Shown here: in pieces, positions 39,070 through 52,615 of the stretch
Position numbering within the stretch: position 1 is the stretch's first letter
How the letters are laid out: each line of letters begins with the position of its first letter
Made by a program: the position numbers and the translations under genes
NCBI RefSeq assembly: GCF_030144855.1
Contig: NC_082709.1
Location: 150,226,001 to 150,290,000 of the forward strand
Direction: 5' to 3'
Length of the DNA stretch: 64,000 nucleotides
Origin: Hypanus sabinus
Lineage: Eukaryota
The notes under the pieces: model-generated
What the model saw: the letters and a program-made list of their open reading frames with translations, nothing else
Told to the model about the DNA's origin: nothing
Database searches by the model: none

Positions 39070-39469
39070 GAGTGTACAGTGCTGCTTTGTTCTATCTGTT
39101 TCTGTTTAAAGGTATGCTTCTGACACAAGAAGACATGACTGAGCACATTCAGAACTAACTGCAGATTGCTTTATCCCCATCCAAAGTTCTGAGTTTGCTC
39201 AGCCTAGCAGGGAGTGTTTTTTTTCTCTCCAGTGTTTAGCTGCTGGCAGTTCATAGGGTTCCTCAGCGGTGACCCCATCGCCAGAATTCCATCAGCCCCT
39301 TGTCCACCTGGGGCACAGCAGCTTCTACCAGGGTTAATTTTCCCTCTACAATACCTCTTGAGAGAACACGTTATCCATGATGGTGCATTCATAAACATTT
39401 ACAACAGAATAACAACATTTACAGAATGTAAAGGACAGATATTTTAATAATTTTAATGCTATAAGACAT

Positions 39470-39757
39470 GGCAATATGGTGACGTAGTGATTACACGACA
39501 CTATGACAGCTGAGGCATCAGAGTTCAGAGTTCATTTCTTGTAAGGAGTTTGTACATTCTCACCATGACCACGATTTCCTCTGGGTGCTCTGGTTTCTTC
39601 CCGCAGTCAAAAGATTTACCAGTTCATAGGATAATCGGTCTTTGTAATCTGTCCTGTGTTTAGGCTGGGGTTAAGTAGGTGAGCTGCTGAGTGGCACAGC
39701 TCGTCGGGCTGGAAGGGGCCGTTCCCCGCTGTCATCTCTAAATAAAATTTAAAAAAT
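39470..39757 (+). mobile_element. V-SINE (tRNA-derived) with CR1-like tail
   Basis: V-domain-like ggagtttgtacattctcacc...tttcctctgggtgctctggtttcttcc, with a 3' gggctggaaggggccgttccccgctg and an A-rich end. Confidence 0.75.
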
Positions 39758-41149
39758 AATGTAAAACTTTGTTTCACTGCTAAATATGCACATTTCATTA
39801 TCCTTGTGCTAGATTACACTTCCCGCCCAGTCCGGTTATCGGAAGGTTGCTTCCTTTCCTTTGGATAATGCTTGCCCTTGATTATCCACAGACAGCTTAC
39901 TGGTGCGTTTTCAGAAGGCTGCCTCGGGCTGATTGAAGGAACGGTCTGTGAGGGCAGGTATGCTGTCCAAGAGGCCACGACGGAAGCTGTTTGGTACCCT
40001 AGTAAGGGTAGATGTCAGTGTCCAGAAGCTGGACAGCAAAGGGCTGGGTTGGTCATGGTGAAGTGACTAGCTGGCACTCCATAATGTTTCAAGCTCCCAT
40101 TCAAAGAACACTTTTAAATGTATATTGCTCCATACCAAAAATAAATACTATTCTATTGGAATGTTTGATTTAAATCAGATTTAAATAAAGAGATTCTGAA
40201 GTAAAATCCATCTGTCCAGACATTACAGATACCTTGCTCTATTATAATTAAAAACAGGGTAATACCGTTGGATAAAAAACAACTCAAGACTGAGCCCCGA
40301 ATGAATGTCATCACCTTAAACATTTTTATATAATGTTTGACTGAAAGACCCATTTCTTTAATATCTCCTTAGCCTTCCAAGTTCCTCAGCATCTCCAATA
40401 ACATCCAAAGGCATGAATACAATTCTGCTTGGCAGGTTTTTGAGTTTTGGAATGCTCTGACTGAAATCCTGTCATAAATTCCTTCTGCCAATCGATAGTG
40501 CTGGAAAGCACAAGTCATCATGATTTTCTGTCTGAGGAATTTTGGTTTTGAAGAGCGATGTGTAATGGTGGGAGGATTCAGAAGTTGAGGAGCAGCTTGA
40601 TGGGGCTTCATTTAATTGTTGTTTATATGATGATACACCTCTCTATATCTGACAGATTGTTAGCCTGTGATACAGGTGAGATTTACAACATTCAGATGGT
40701 AAGAATGGGACCTTGAATATCCCTTAAGTTAGGAGAACAGTCAAGACTTTCAAAGGTGTACTGGGTTCTCCAATTTTATATTTAAAAAAATATATATGTA
40801 GAGAGAGAGAATTAAAGAATGCAGTCTTTATAGGATAAGTTAGCGTTTTTCTATATATATTGATTTAAGGGATGTGGAGGCTCAGCTACAATTTAGTTGC
40901 CTTTGTGCTGGTGGTGAGTTTCCTTCCTGAACTGCTGCAGTGCATTGTGGGTAAATCCACAATGGTGTTGAAAAGATTTCCAGGATTCTGACGCAGCAAT
41001 AGCGAAGGAATGGAAATGAATTTCCAGGCCAGTATAGTGTGTGGTTTAGAGGGCAAATTCCCGGTGGATTTCTGACTCTGACTTAAATACTGCAGCTAAA
41101 CCAAAGATATTTGCAATATAAGATCATGACGGATAAACACTGAACATCC

Positions 41150-41690
41150 GGAGCAACACACACACAAAATGCCGAAGGAGCTCAATAGGTCGAGTTGTTC
41201 ATAATGAGAACACTCTCAGGTTGAAGGAGCAAAACCTCTTAATTCATCTGGGTAGCCTCTAACTGGATAGCATGAACACCAATTTCTCCAACTTATAGTA
41301 AATTCCCCCCTCCCCCTTCCATCTTCTTCAATTCCCCACTCTGGTTCCCCTCTTACCCCTTCAGTTCTCCTCACCAGCCTATCACCTCCCTCTGGTGTCC
41401 ATTATTTATCCCTTTCTCTCATGGTCCACTCTCCCCTCCTATCATTTCCTCCTTCTCTAGCCCATTTCCTTTGCCACCTGTCAGCTCCCGGCATCTTACT
41501 TCATCCCCGCTCCTCCCCACCTGGCTTCACCTATCACCTTCTTGCTTATATTCTGTATATTCTTATTCTGACTTCTTCCCCCTTCCTTTCCAGTCCTGAT
41601 GAAGGGTCTCAGCCCAAAATATTGTCTGTTTATTCATGTCTGTAGATGCTGCCTAACCTACTGATTTCCTTAGCATTTTGTGTGCATTGG
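41150..41690 (+). mobile_element. Penelope-like element 3' end with decayed hammerhead motif
   Basis: GIY-YIG tail (LRLKEQNLLIHLGSL...MNTNFSN), pyrimidine tract, then cagtc-ctgatga-agggtctcagccc-aaaa. Confidence 0.78.
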
Positions 41691-43569
41691 TCATGAGGGA
41701 TATGCACGTTTACAGTACTACTTTGGTATAGGCCTTGGAAATAGATCAAGAAAAAGTTCAAAATATTGCAAATGACTTATAAACCCTACTGAACACAAAG
41801 AAAAAGAATATGGAGCTGTCTGTTAAAAAGATCATATATAGTTTTGCCAACTTTCTCCTAATGGTTTGCAAGTAATTTTTACCTATTCAGATTCCATGAC
41901 TAGAACTTTGGGAGATAAGAATAGTGTTCCTCATCAATAATTAACTTACTTTGAGTGAATAATTATTTAACATTAAAATATGATTAAATTGGAATGCAAT
42001 TCTCTAAATTATAAGGAATTAAAATCACTCAAAATCTTACTGCATGACAATGAAGTATTCATTTCATTATTTCATTCAAGTTGTGAAAAATGTTAGTTCT
42101 GAATTATCAGGAAGTATCAAATCCAAGTGAGAAATATGAAGCCTCCTTTACACGCAATTAATAGTTTTATTTAAATTACAGATTCCTGTACATAAATGCG
42201 AAAACAGCTGTAAATGAGAAACCTGCAGCAAATGGTGCCACTAGAAAATCTAAGACAGCTAGAGGTCCATTTGTCTGTGTCTGAAGCTCACTTTATCATC
42301 AACTTACTGAACCACAGAGGCAGAATGTTTTGGTAAAAAATGTTTAAAAAGGAAGTGTTTGACGAAATTGTAATGGTTGTCAGGAAACAGTGAAGAAAAC
42401 TACAAACTACTTTTATGGAAGAATTAATATTTTCTTAATATCATGTACTAAAACAACTATACCAGAGACTGTTGTCTATGTCTCTTTATTATTCTTATAA
42501 TATGAAATTTGAAATTAATTTTTGGCTCTTTCTTTTCCACTGCCTTAACTTACCAAATGGACATAGGACCAGACTGGTGATGACATCTTTACATAGAGTG
42601 AGAAACATAACACTGCAGCTCATTCTGCATAAGGACCAGCATTGTAGCATTTACTGGACTGTTCCAGCATGTGATTCACCTTAGAAATGGACACAATGTT
42701 CATAGAGTGATCAGTCCTTCTGGCTTGTCCTTAGCCAATCTAAAAAGTTCGTTTGACCTTTCGGGTTAATTGATTCCTGCTCTGAACTAATTGGATGTGT
42801 TGAACCAACTCAGAGAATTCCTTTGATGACCTGTTGTGTTTTCTTCCCTCCAGCTAATAGTTCTGTGCCATTTCCTTACCTTGCATTGAATGCTAATAGT
42901 TAAAAGACACTGGATGCTAGAGCATTGATGCTTGACATTTCACTCAAGCTGTCTGTTCAAAATTTTCTGATCCAGGCTGATCCATGAATCTCATACTGAA
43001 AAGCAGAATGCATTTAGAATAACTAGTTCAAAAAAAGATTCACTTCTTTGCTGTGACTCACTGCTATGCTGCAGGTTGGCAGCATTTCATATTTTTGTCT
43101 GAATTTCTACCATCTGCATTCTTTAAGAGTTATTTTGACTCTGCTTAAATAAATAAATGGACTTCTCTTCACAAACAACTAGGTGACAAGAGAAAATATT
43201 CCAAAAAATTTAATAATGTTAATCAATTTAACTTTTTATTGCTTTTTAAAAGGTGATGGCTTGAGAAAAATCAAATATAATCTGTTGCTAAAAACAAAGT
43301 TGCTGAGCTACAGATTTTGAAATGTTCATGGCTAATTACACATTGATATTCAAGGTTTATTTGCTCAAGACTAGTCAGTTATCATTATCAATAGGCAGCC
43401 AGCTGGGGCAGGAGTTTGCAAAGGTAATACATTTGTATGAACAGATGTTTGAGTGTTGTTTCCATGGCAACAAAATACAGTACCTACTGAATTGGGATAT
43501 TTTTAAAGAGTAAGAATTTCAATACTAAATTAATTAGTTGTTAGCCTTTAGTAAAGGACCTTTGGGAGT

Positions 43570-44520
43570 GAGCTCCATCACAAAGGGGAAGATCGACTGG
43601 TGCTTGGTAAAGGATGCTTGGTGCTTCTGCAAGAATGAGTAAAGCTGTAAATGAATTTTTTGAAGTAAAGGGGGCTGGAGTTCACTTGGTAGAGCAATAA
43701 TGATGAGTAGTGGATATGGCAGATATGTTGGTAAGCTAGTAAAGTATCAAAGTTTGTTCTGTACGTGGAGCAGGTGAAGATATTCCTGAGAGTGAATGAT
43801 GTCTTTGAAGTTGCGAGTGATGAAACTGAGCATTTCAGCAACACGCAGAAAAGTAGGTAGTCATACAACGAGCAAATCCTGGTGACAAAAGGTGAATGGG
43901 TTACCCAAAATGGCAGGATCCAATTAGTTTGGATTATGAATCTATTTATGATCCACATTTTAGGTCAGGACACTTTATCATGTTCTTCTACTCAAACAGA
44001 GTGACACATCTTAGCATTACCAGTGTTCAATGGATAAGCAGAATGATCTGTCTGCACATCCAGAGAGTGGCAGAGAGAAATGGCCTATGAGGAATTGGCT
44101 GGCATTGTCTTTGATTACCAGCACCTCTCCCACACAGAATATCCCCCAGCTAATGTGCAGACATGGCTGTTTGTACAGGCCAACCTGGAGATGGGGTGGA
44201 CCAAGTGAAGAGTCAGAAAAGGTGGCGGAAATCATGGTCAGAGGAAATAGTTTCAGGTAGACAGCACCTTGAGAATAATCAAGTCGGTGCATGGAGGACT
44301 GTCAAGGTGGAGCTGTACAGAAGGTAGATTTGTTGGGAGTCAGGGACTCTACAGTGAAGACAAATGACAGATACCGAATGGTATACATCAATCGGATGAT
44401 GCGTGCACTAAGAACAGGAGGACTGAGATGAAGGAGAAGTCCAAGTGAGCCCAAGTTGGAAGGGATATCATAGGGCTAAAAATGGCATCACACAGCCCAA
44501 AAGTGGAGGTGATTCACCAG
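43570..44520 (-). mobile_element. Ancient L2-like LINE remnant
   Basis: Purine-rich decayed sequence with no intact ORF. Composition and residual motifs resemble L2 ORF2. Confidence 0.35.
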
Positions 44521-45099
44521 AATCAGGAATTCCCAGTGTGGACACACACTCTCCGGCAGTTGAGAAGATCACGGAGGTACAGAAGCCCGTAGTATAATAG
44601 CTTTAGTCTTGGCTTTTTTTTTAATGTAGATGTCAGATTGATTTATAGTTATGTGTAAATAAATAGTTAATTTATGATATCATCGATGGAGGTTTGTTAA
44701 CTTTTTTTAAGTGGGAACCAGTGTAGTACTTGCAGGAGTTCTAAGCATAATTCAAATCCATGTATACATATACATTTGATGCATTTTGAAGCTCTGTCCT
44801 TCTTTCTCACCTTACTACCAGAAATATAGGGGAAAAAAGACAAATATTACACAAAGGAATAATTACGTCTGTGACATTATTTTGTACATGACAGACAATT
44901 TCAATGGCAGAGTCCATTTAAAATTTTAATTTCCCCATTAAGTGATAAATTTGCAATACATGGGCAATCTAAAAACAATATTAGTTGTAAAACCTGGAGG
45001 TTACAAGGCATCTTTCAAGCCAAGCTGTTGTAAATAACAGCAAATTCAGCATTTTCAAAGGAAACAATAAACAGCACTTTAAAGAGAAACGTACAGCGG

Positions 45100-45617
45100 T
45101 CAGCATTTAATATTAAAACTAGTCGTTCCACTTACTCCCAAAAATGGAGAGTCTTGGGATGATGATTCTATTTCATCCTCTGGCACGTGAACTGTCAGGG
45201 TGCAAGCCCGTATGCCACCGAGTGATTCGGGTACGTCAAAAACTTTCTGCCACTCATTTTTTTCTGGATCATACTTCTGGACAATTTCTACCATACAACG
45301 ATTGTTCCATGAGTAGCCTCCAATAACGTATATGTTCCTGTTGAAAACTGCTACACCCACGTCACTCTGTCCGCGTAGCATTGGAGCAATCTCAGTCCAC
45401 TGATCGCTAATGGGGCAATAGTACTCACAACACAGTACATCATCATAGTCACTTGAACCGCGAAAATGGTTCCCTCCAATGACGTAAAGGCGATCTTCAA
45501 TGGAACACATACAGTGTAGCCCACGCACAGTGGACATGTCTCTCTTCCGGGACCAGGTGTTAGTTTCTGGATTATAGCACAGTAGCTCTTTCTGAAAAGT
45601 ATCATGGGTAATCCCAC
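45100..45617 (-). CDS. KLHL9/KLHL13-family kelch protein, terminal exon (Kelch repeats 4-6)
   Basis: ttatag| acceptor, 518 nt, phase 1 to TGA. Reads [13 protein letters not shown]...RGLHCMC...GGNHFRG..DYDDVL...[13 protein letters not shown]...[19 protein letters not shown]...[14 protein letters not shown]. Confidence 0.95.
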
Positions 45618-46427
45618 CTATAATTTCAATGCAAAGGTTATTAGTGTCATAATAAAAAAAATAATTGCTCGCCTCATGACATTGGGTAGCTTATTTTGCC
45701 TTTCTTTAAACTTTGATTCTTTCAGATGATTTACAATATCTGGATTATAACTGTCCTCTAAATACACAGGAAAAGGTACTATTGGATGGACCTTACTGCA
45801 ATTTCAAGTACATCAACAATATACTTAATCATCTTCAATACTTCATTACACAATTCAGATTCGATTCATTCATTTATTCATTCATTCATTCATTACACAA
45901 TTCAGATTCTGGTTCATTCATTCATCACATGTACATTAAAATATCCAGTGAAATGCGTCACAGCCAACACAACCTAGGGATGCGTTGAGGGAAGTCCTAG
46001 CTCTGGTGCCAACATATCATGCCCAAAGTGTCCAGCAGAACAATAACACCAAAACAACAGTGCAAGCCTTTTTGCTTGCCTCCATCCATACAGAGTCCTC
46101 CAGTCTCAGGACGGGCCAGGCCGTCAGTCGTCATTAAACTGGGAAGTATATAATATCCCAATCATTCCTTATAAACATAGCATAGTGTTGAAAACAGCTC
46201 AATTATACATAAAGGAATGCTAATTTAATTGCTTAATATTGACCTAGTCTACATCACACTTAAGGCACAGAAACAACCTGAATGCCTGCACATATATGGA
46301 ACAATGATAGACCCTTAAACACTTTCATGTTTTCGTATTAGAACACAGAATATCCTTGTAAGAAAAATAATTTTACTCTAATTATGTCATAGTACTGTCA
46401 AAGATGATCGTTTTCATTTTTCCCTAC

Positions 46428-46541
46428 CTGATATGTACATGTATCCCCCGTGAACAGTCCCCGCATGTCCGTAATGAGGTTCAGCCAGTTTAGTGACGAA
46501 AGACCATTCATTCATTGCTGTATTGTAGCGTTCCACTGTTG
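46428..46541 (-). CDS. KLHL9/13-like exon (A)[37 protein letters not shown](G)
   Basis: atttcag| acceptor and |gtaggg donor, 114 nt, phase 1-1. [10 protein letters not shown] is diagnostic of KLHL9/13. This exon is missed by the ORF track. Confidence 0.94.
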
Positions 46542-47042
46542 CTGAAATTGCCAGAAAAATAAAGATCATTTGGTTTTAAATTTGTGCTTGATCAAACTGA
46601 TGAGCATAAAACACTAATTTTACTGTCAGGGTAGTACTATTAAATTGCAATCATTTACAACCAAGCAGGAAACAGCTGTGGCAAAATTCAGATATAGTCT
46701 TTTAGAACCATTTAATTTAGTTCAATAGCTGCTGTAAAGCACAAACATTTGATTTTGTAATTACTGCTGAGCCAATTAGATAATTTTTTTTCATTGCATA
46801 TCTCTGTATTCCTATTGGACCACTTACAAATTGACAGCTGGCCTTTGTTGTTTCTCTTAATATAACAACATCTGGCTGAGTAAAAACATTTGTTTTTTAA
46901 GATAGCCCCCAGACCGTGAATAATCTATTACATCACTAACAATACCATAAGACATCTGTGTAATAAATGAAATGGTTAAAGAAAGATAACATTCCAGAAT
47001 ACCTAGGGTCATTTTTGGCTGCTGAGATATATTATTCTAATT

Positions 47043-50000
47043 ATAGAATAGAGTCATAAAATACTACAGCACAGAAACAGGCCTTTCAGCCTTCTCCCAT
47101 TGATCTGCATCTGGACCGTAGCCCTCCATACCCCTCCCATCCATATACCTATCCTAATGTCTTTTAAATGTTGAAATAAAACCCACATACATCACTTGCG
47201 CTGGCAGCTCATTCCACGCTCTCACAACCCTCTGAGTGAAGAAGCTGCCCCTGATGTTCCCTGTAAACATTTCACATTTCACCCTTAACCAATAACCTCT
47301 AGTTGTCCTCTCACCCAACCTCGGCTGGATTTTTCTATTTATAACTCTCATAATTTTGTATACCTCTATCAAATCTGCTGTCAATCTTCTATGTTCTAAG
47401 GTATAAAGTTCTAACCTATTCAATCCAGTAACTTAGGTCCTCAAGTCTTGGAAGCATCCTTGTAATTTTTCTCTGCACTCTTTCAATCTTATTTACATCT
47501 TTCCTGTAGGTAGGTAACCAAAACGACACACAATATTCCAAATAAGGCCTCACTAAAGTCTTATTCAATTTCCACATAACATCCAAACTCCTGGGCTCAA
47601 TACATTGATTTATGAAGGCCGATGTACCAAAAGCTTTCTTTCCAACCCTACCTACCTGTGACACCTCCTTCAAGGAATTATGGATCTGTATTCCCAGATC
47701 CCACTATTCTACCACTCTCTTCAGTGCCCTACCGCTCGCCATGTAAGACCTATCCTTGTTGGACGTCCCAAAATACAACACCTCACACTCATCTGCATCA
47801 AATTCCATCTGCCATTTTTCCAGCTGGTTCAGAACCGGCTGCAAGCTTTGATAGTCTTCCTTGCTGTCCACTACACCCCCAATCTTGGATTCATCTGCAA
47901 ATTTGCTGATTCAGTTTACCACATTATCATCCAGATCACTGATATAGATGCCAAATAACAAACGACCTGGCACTGATCCCTATGGCATACCACCAGGCAC
48001 AGGCCTCCAGTCGAAGAGGCAACCACCTAGGACCACTCTCTGGCTTCTCTTGTGAAGCCAGTATCTAATCCAATTTTCTACCTTATCTTGAACGACAAGC
48101 AACTGAAACTTGCTAAGATCATGTAGACAGCATCCACTGTCTTGCGTTCATCAACTTTCCTGGCAACTTCTTCAATAAAACTCTTTAAGACTGGTTAGAC
48201 ACAGCTTACCATGTACAAAACCATGTTGACTGTCCCTAATCAGTCCTGTCTATCCAAGTATTTATATATCTGGTCCCTTAGAATATCTTCCAATAACTTC
48301 CCCACTACTGATGTCAGTCACACCAACCTATAATTTCCTGGCTTATTCTTAGCCCTTTCAAAAATAATAGAACAACATTAGCTATCCTCCAATCCTCCAG
48401 CATCTCACCCATGGCTAAGTGTATTTTAAATATCACCGCTAGGGCCCCTGCAGTTTCTGCACTAGCCTCCAGAAGGGTCCAATGGGCCACCTTGTCATGC
48501 AATTTGAGACTAATCAAACACCCCCCTCCTCTGTAATCTGTGTAGGGTCCATGACCTCGCTGCTGCTTTGCCTCATTTCTATAGACTCTGTGTACACCTC
48601 CAAGTAAATACACATGCAAAAATGCATTTAAGATCTCCCTCATCTCTTTCAGCACCATGAATAGAGTACCACTCTGACCGTTCAGAGGACCAATTTTATC
48701 CCTTGCTATCCTTTTGCTCTTAAAATATCTGTAAAAATACTTAGGATTCTCCTTCACCTTGTCTGTTAGAGCAACCTCATGCCTTCTATCTCTCCTGAAT
48801 TCCTTCTTAAGAGTTCTCTTGAATTTCTTAAACACCTTAAGTACCTCATTTGTTTCTACCTGCTATGCACCTCCTCCTTTTTCTTAACCAGGGTCTCAAT
48901 ATCTCTGGAATACCAAGGTTCCCTAAACCTATTATCTTTGCCTTGTATTCTGACAGGAACTCCCTGTGTTCTCAAAATTTAAATTTTGAAGATCTCCCAC
49001 TTACCAAGTACACCTTTGCCAGAAAACAACCTGTCTCAATCCACACCTGCCATATCCTTTCTGATACCATCACAATTGACCTTTCTCCAATTTAGAATCT
49101 CAACCCAGGGACCAGACCTATCCTTTTCCATAATTACCTTGAAACTAATGGCATTATGATCATAAATGCAAAATGTTCGCCTATGCAAATTCTGTTAATT
49201 GCCCTGTCTCATTTCCTAATAGCAGATTTAGTATTGCATGCTCTCTCACTGGGGTTTCTATGTACTGATTAAGGAAACTTTTCTCAACTCGTTTGACAAA
49301 CTCTTTCTCATCCAGTCCTTTTACAGAATGGGAGTCCCAGTCAATATGTTGAAGGTTAAAATCACCAGCTATCACATCCTTATGTTCCTTGCAATGTTCT
49401 GCCATTTCTCTACAAATTTGCTCCTCTAAATCCCACAGACTGTTGGGTGGTCTGTAATGTAGCTGCATTAACATTTCTTATCCCTTAGTTCTACTCATAA
49501 AGCCTCACAGGATGACCTCCCAGGCTGTCCTGTCTGAGAACTGCTGTGACATTTCCCCTGACTAGTAATGCCTCCCCTACCCCTTAAATACCTCCCACTC
49601 TATCACATCTAAAACAACGGAACCCAGGAAAATTGAGCTGGCAGTTCTGCCCCTCCTGCAAACAAGCCTCAATAATTGCTGCAATGTCATAATACCACAT
49701 GCTGACCCATGCCCTAAGCTCATCCGCCTTTCCTACCATACTCATTGCTTTGACATATACACTATTCAGAACGTCAGTCCCACCATGCTCAACCTTTTCA
49801 TTCCTGACTTTATATGTAGGCTTAACTACATCTTTCTGCCCAACCACTCCACTATCTGTTCTGATGTTCTGGTTTCCATCACCCAGCAACTCTAGCTTAC
49901 ACCCACTCGTGCAGCTCTAGCAAATGTTTCCACTAGGCTATTAGTCCCCTTCCAATTCAGGTGCCAACTATCCCTTCTGTACAGATCCCATCTTCTCTTC

Positions 50001-50690
50001 TGAGCCACGGAGCCAGACTCAGTACCAGAGACCTGACTGCTGGGGCTTTTCTCATCAAGATCATTCCCCTCCCCTCCAACAGTATCCAAAGCAGTAAACA
50101 TCTTGCTGAGGGGAACCGCCACAGGGGTGCTCTGAGCTGGTTGCCTATATCCCCTTTCCTTTTTCTGATGGCTACACAGTTACCTGTGCCCTGCACCTTG
50201 TGTGTAACTACCTCCCTGTATGTCTTGTCTATCAACCCCTCAGCCTCCCGAATGATCCAGAGTTCATCCATTTCCAGCTCCAACTCCTTAACACTGTCTG
50301 TTAGAAACCACATCTGGATGCATTTCCTGTAAGTGTGGTTGTCAGGGATACTGGAGGTCTCCCTAACTTCCAGCATCCCACAAGAGGAACATTCCTTCCT
50401 GGCATCCCACCGCTCCAAAGGTGCCGTAGTATTGAAAAGAAATCTACCTAAGGCCTTCACCTCTCCTCACTAAAATCTCAACTCTCCACTCTAACACTGG
50501 CCCACTCCCACAACAGCTGCTCCACTTAAACCAAAGTTCTTTTTATTGGACCTTGCCAAGTGCTTAATTATGTACAATCAAATCTCTCCTTGGGAACTGT
50601 AGCACGTAAAATGTGCTGACTGCCCCAGGTTGCCTCTTTTAAAATCTTGTTCCCTCTATGCAAATCAATGTCTCCATGGGAACTGAAGCA
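47043..50690 (-). mobile_element. Near full-length decayed CR1 LINE (5' UTR, ORF1, APE endonuclease, RT) in the KLHL intron, co-oriented with the gene
   Basis: ORF1 CSSCGM...RKC...VKELELEMDEL (zinc finger/leucine zipper) and esterase end WDLYRRDSWHLNWKG. Endonuclease YRPPNS...AGDFN. RT EDWRIANVV and RPYLEYCVSFW. A 3' tail is present. Confidence 0.93.
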
Positions 50691-51204
50691 TACAGAGTAA
50701 CTATTATCCAATTATAAACTAGATAATATTATAGTTCAGTTTCACTAATAACTTTGTACTCACGAATCAGGGGAAGAATTCTCCTGAGTGGTCTTTTTTA
50801 TAGAAGGTTAGTTATTTTGATCTTGTACTGGCTGGTTTCATTTTCCACAAGCTAATTCTGTCTGTGCCATTTATTTAAATATTCTTTGTCAACAAACTTA
50901 TTTTCTCCAAATCCAATAATACATAGAAATTTCCTTCTTATCACATAGAGATTAAATTTAGAATTGTGTCTGGAGCTCACTTCATCCCTCCACAAATGTT
51001 CTTCTGAAAATGAGCATAGAAAACTGTGGGCAATATTACAAATCAATACCAGGAAATAAAGTCTGATTGCTTTAGATGCGACTCTTTTGGACTTCACTTT
51101 ATGACAATATTAATCTTAATATTCTTCCTCTGTAGAATTCCCTTGCCAAATACAGATTGAATGCAACATTCCAGTCATACTCCAGTCAGAAAACATGAGC
51201 ATGT

Positions 51205-52220
51205 CCCAGTTGTCCCTAAGCCTGGTGGTAGGTACAGCCAAGATTTTGTACCTTCTGCCTCTTAGGAAGAAGAGGGAATGTCCGGCATGGGTGGGATCTT
51301 TGATTATGTTGGCTGCCTTATTGAAGCTGCAAGACATATTGCCAGGGTTCATAGAGGGGAGATTGTTTCCATTATGTTCTGAGTAGGGTCTGCAGCTCTC
51401 TGCAGTTTCTTTCAGTCATGGTCAGAGCAGTTGTCATGCTAATGGTCACATGTCAAGTTTCCTTAGCCTCCTGAGGAAGTAGAGGCATTGGTAAGCTTTC
51501 TTGCCTCTGTTATCTATGTGGTTGGACCAGGACAGGCTATTGGTGATGTTCATTCCTAGGAACTTGGAGCCCTCAGTCCTCTTGACCCCAGCACTATTGA
51601 TGTATAAAGAAGCATTCACACTGCCCACTTCCTGAAGTCAATGATCAGCTCTTTGGTTTTGTTGACATTGAGTGAAGGATTGTTTTCATGACACCATGCC
51701 AGTAAGCTCTCTACCTCTTTCCTGTACTCTGACTCACTGTTACTGGGATAGGGTCCACTACAGTGGCATTTGCTTGTAGGTGGAATTAGAGCAGAACCTA
51801 GCCACATAGTTATGAGTGTGGAGGGAGTTGAGCAGGGGTACTGAGGACCATAGCCTGGGGAGTACCAGATTTGAAAATAATCTTGGCAGAGGAGTTGCTG
51901 CCTATTTTTACTGATCGTAGTTAGTTGGCCAGGGAATCAACAATCCAATTGCAAAGGGAGGCATTTCTCTCAATCCTCGGAGATTGTTGATGAGTTTGCC
52001 TGGAACTGAAGTATTAAAGGAAAAGCTATAGTCAATAAAACAATGGTTAAATGTATGTATCTTTAAAGTCTGGATGCTTCAAAGATGAGTGTGGGACTTG
52101 GGGGTTGACTTCCGCCATAGACATATTTTGGCAGAATTTCATCCGGAAGGCTAAAATTGACGCATACTCCAAAAGACTGGCTATGACACTCCATGATGGT
52201 GGATGTCAGAGCCACTGGGC
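51205..52220 (-). mobile_element. Older Rex1/Babar LINE fragment
   Basis: SEYRKEVESLLAWCHENN.SLNVNKTKELIIDFRK, FLGMNITNSLSWSNHID...LYFLRRL and IIKDPTH motifs. Confidence 0.82.
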
Positions 52221-52254
52221 TGTAAATATTAATGCAAATTACCTTTTTATTCTT

Positions 52255-52615
52255 AGGTATAAGATTATGAGACGCATTGATCATGTGGATAGCCAGAGGC
52301 TCTTCCCCAGGGCTGGCTGAAATGGCTGGCACGAGAGGGCACAGTTTTAAGGTGTTTGGAAGTAGGTACAGAGGAGATGTCAGGGGTAAGTTTTTTTATG
52401 CAGAGAGTGGTGAGTGCATGGAATGGGCTGCCAGCAATGGTGCTGGAAGTGGAAATGATAAGGTCTTTTAAGAGCTTCCTGGACAGGTACATGGAGCTCA
52501 GAAAAATAGAGGGCTGTTGGTAACCCTAGGTAATTTCTAAGGTAAGGACATGTTCAGCACAGCTTTGTGGGCGAAAGGCATGTATTCTGCTGTAGGTTTT
52601 CTATGTTTCTATGTA
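52255..52615 (+). mobile_element. CR1 LINE 3' end
   Basis: YKIMRRIDHVDSQRLFP and TRGHSFKV motifs; (tttctatg)n tail. Confidence 0.88.

Noticed and set aside
39214-39447. Strong acceptor followed by an open frame, suggesting a third gene
   Set aside because: No recognisable protein and no chain of phase-compatible exons.
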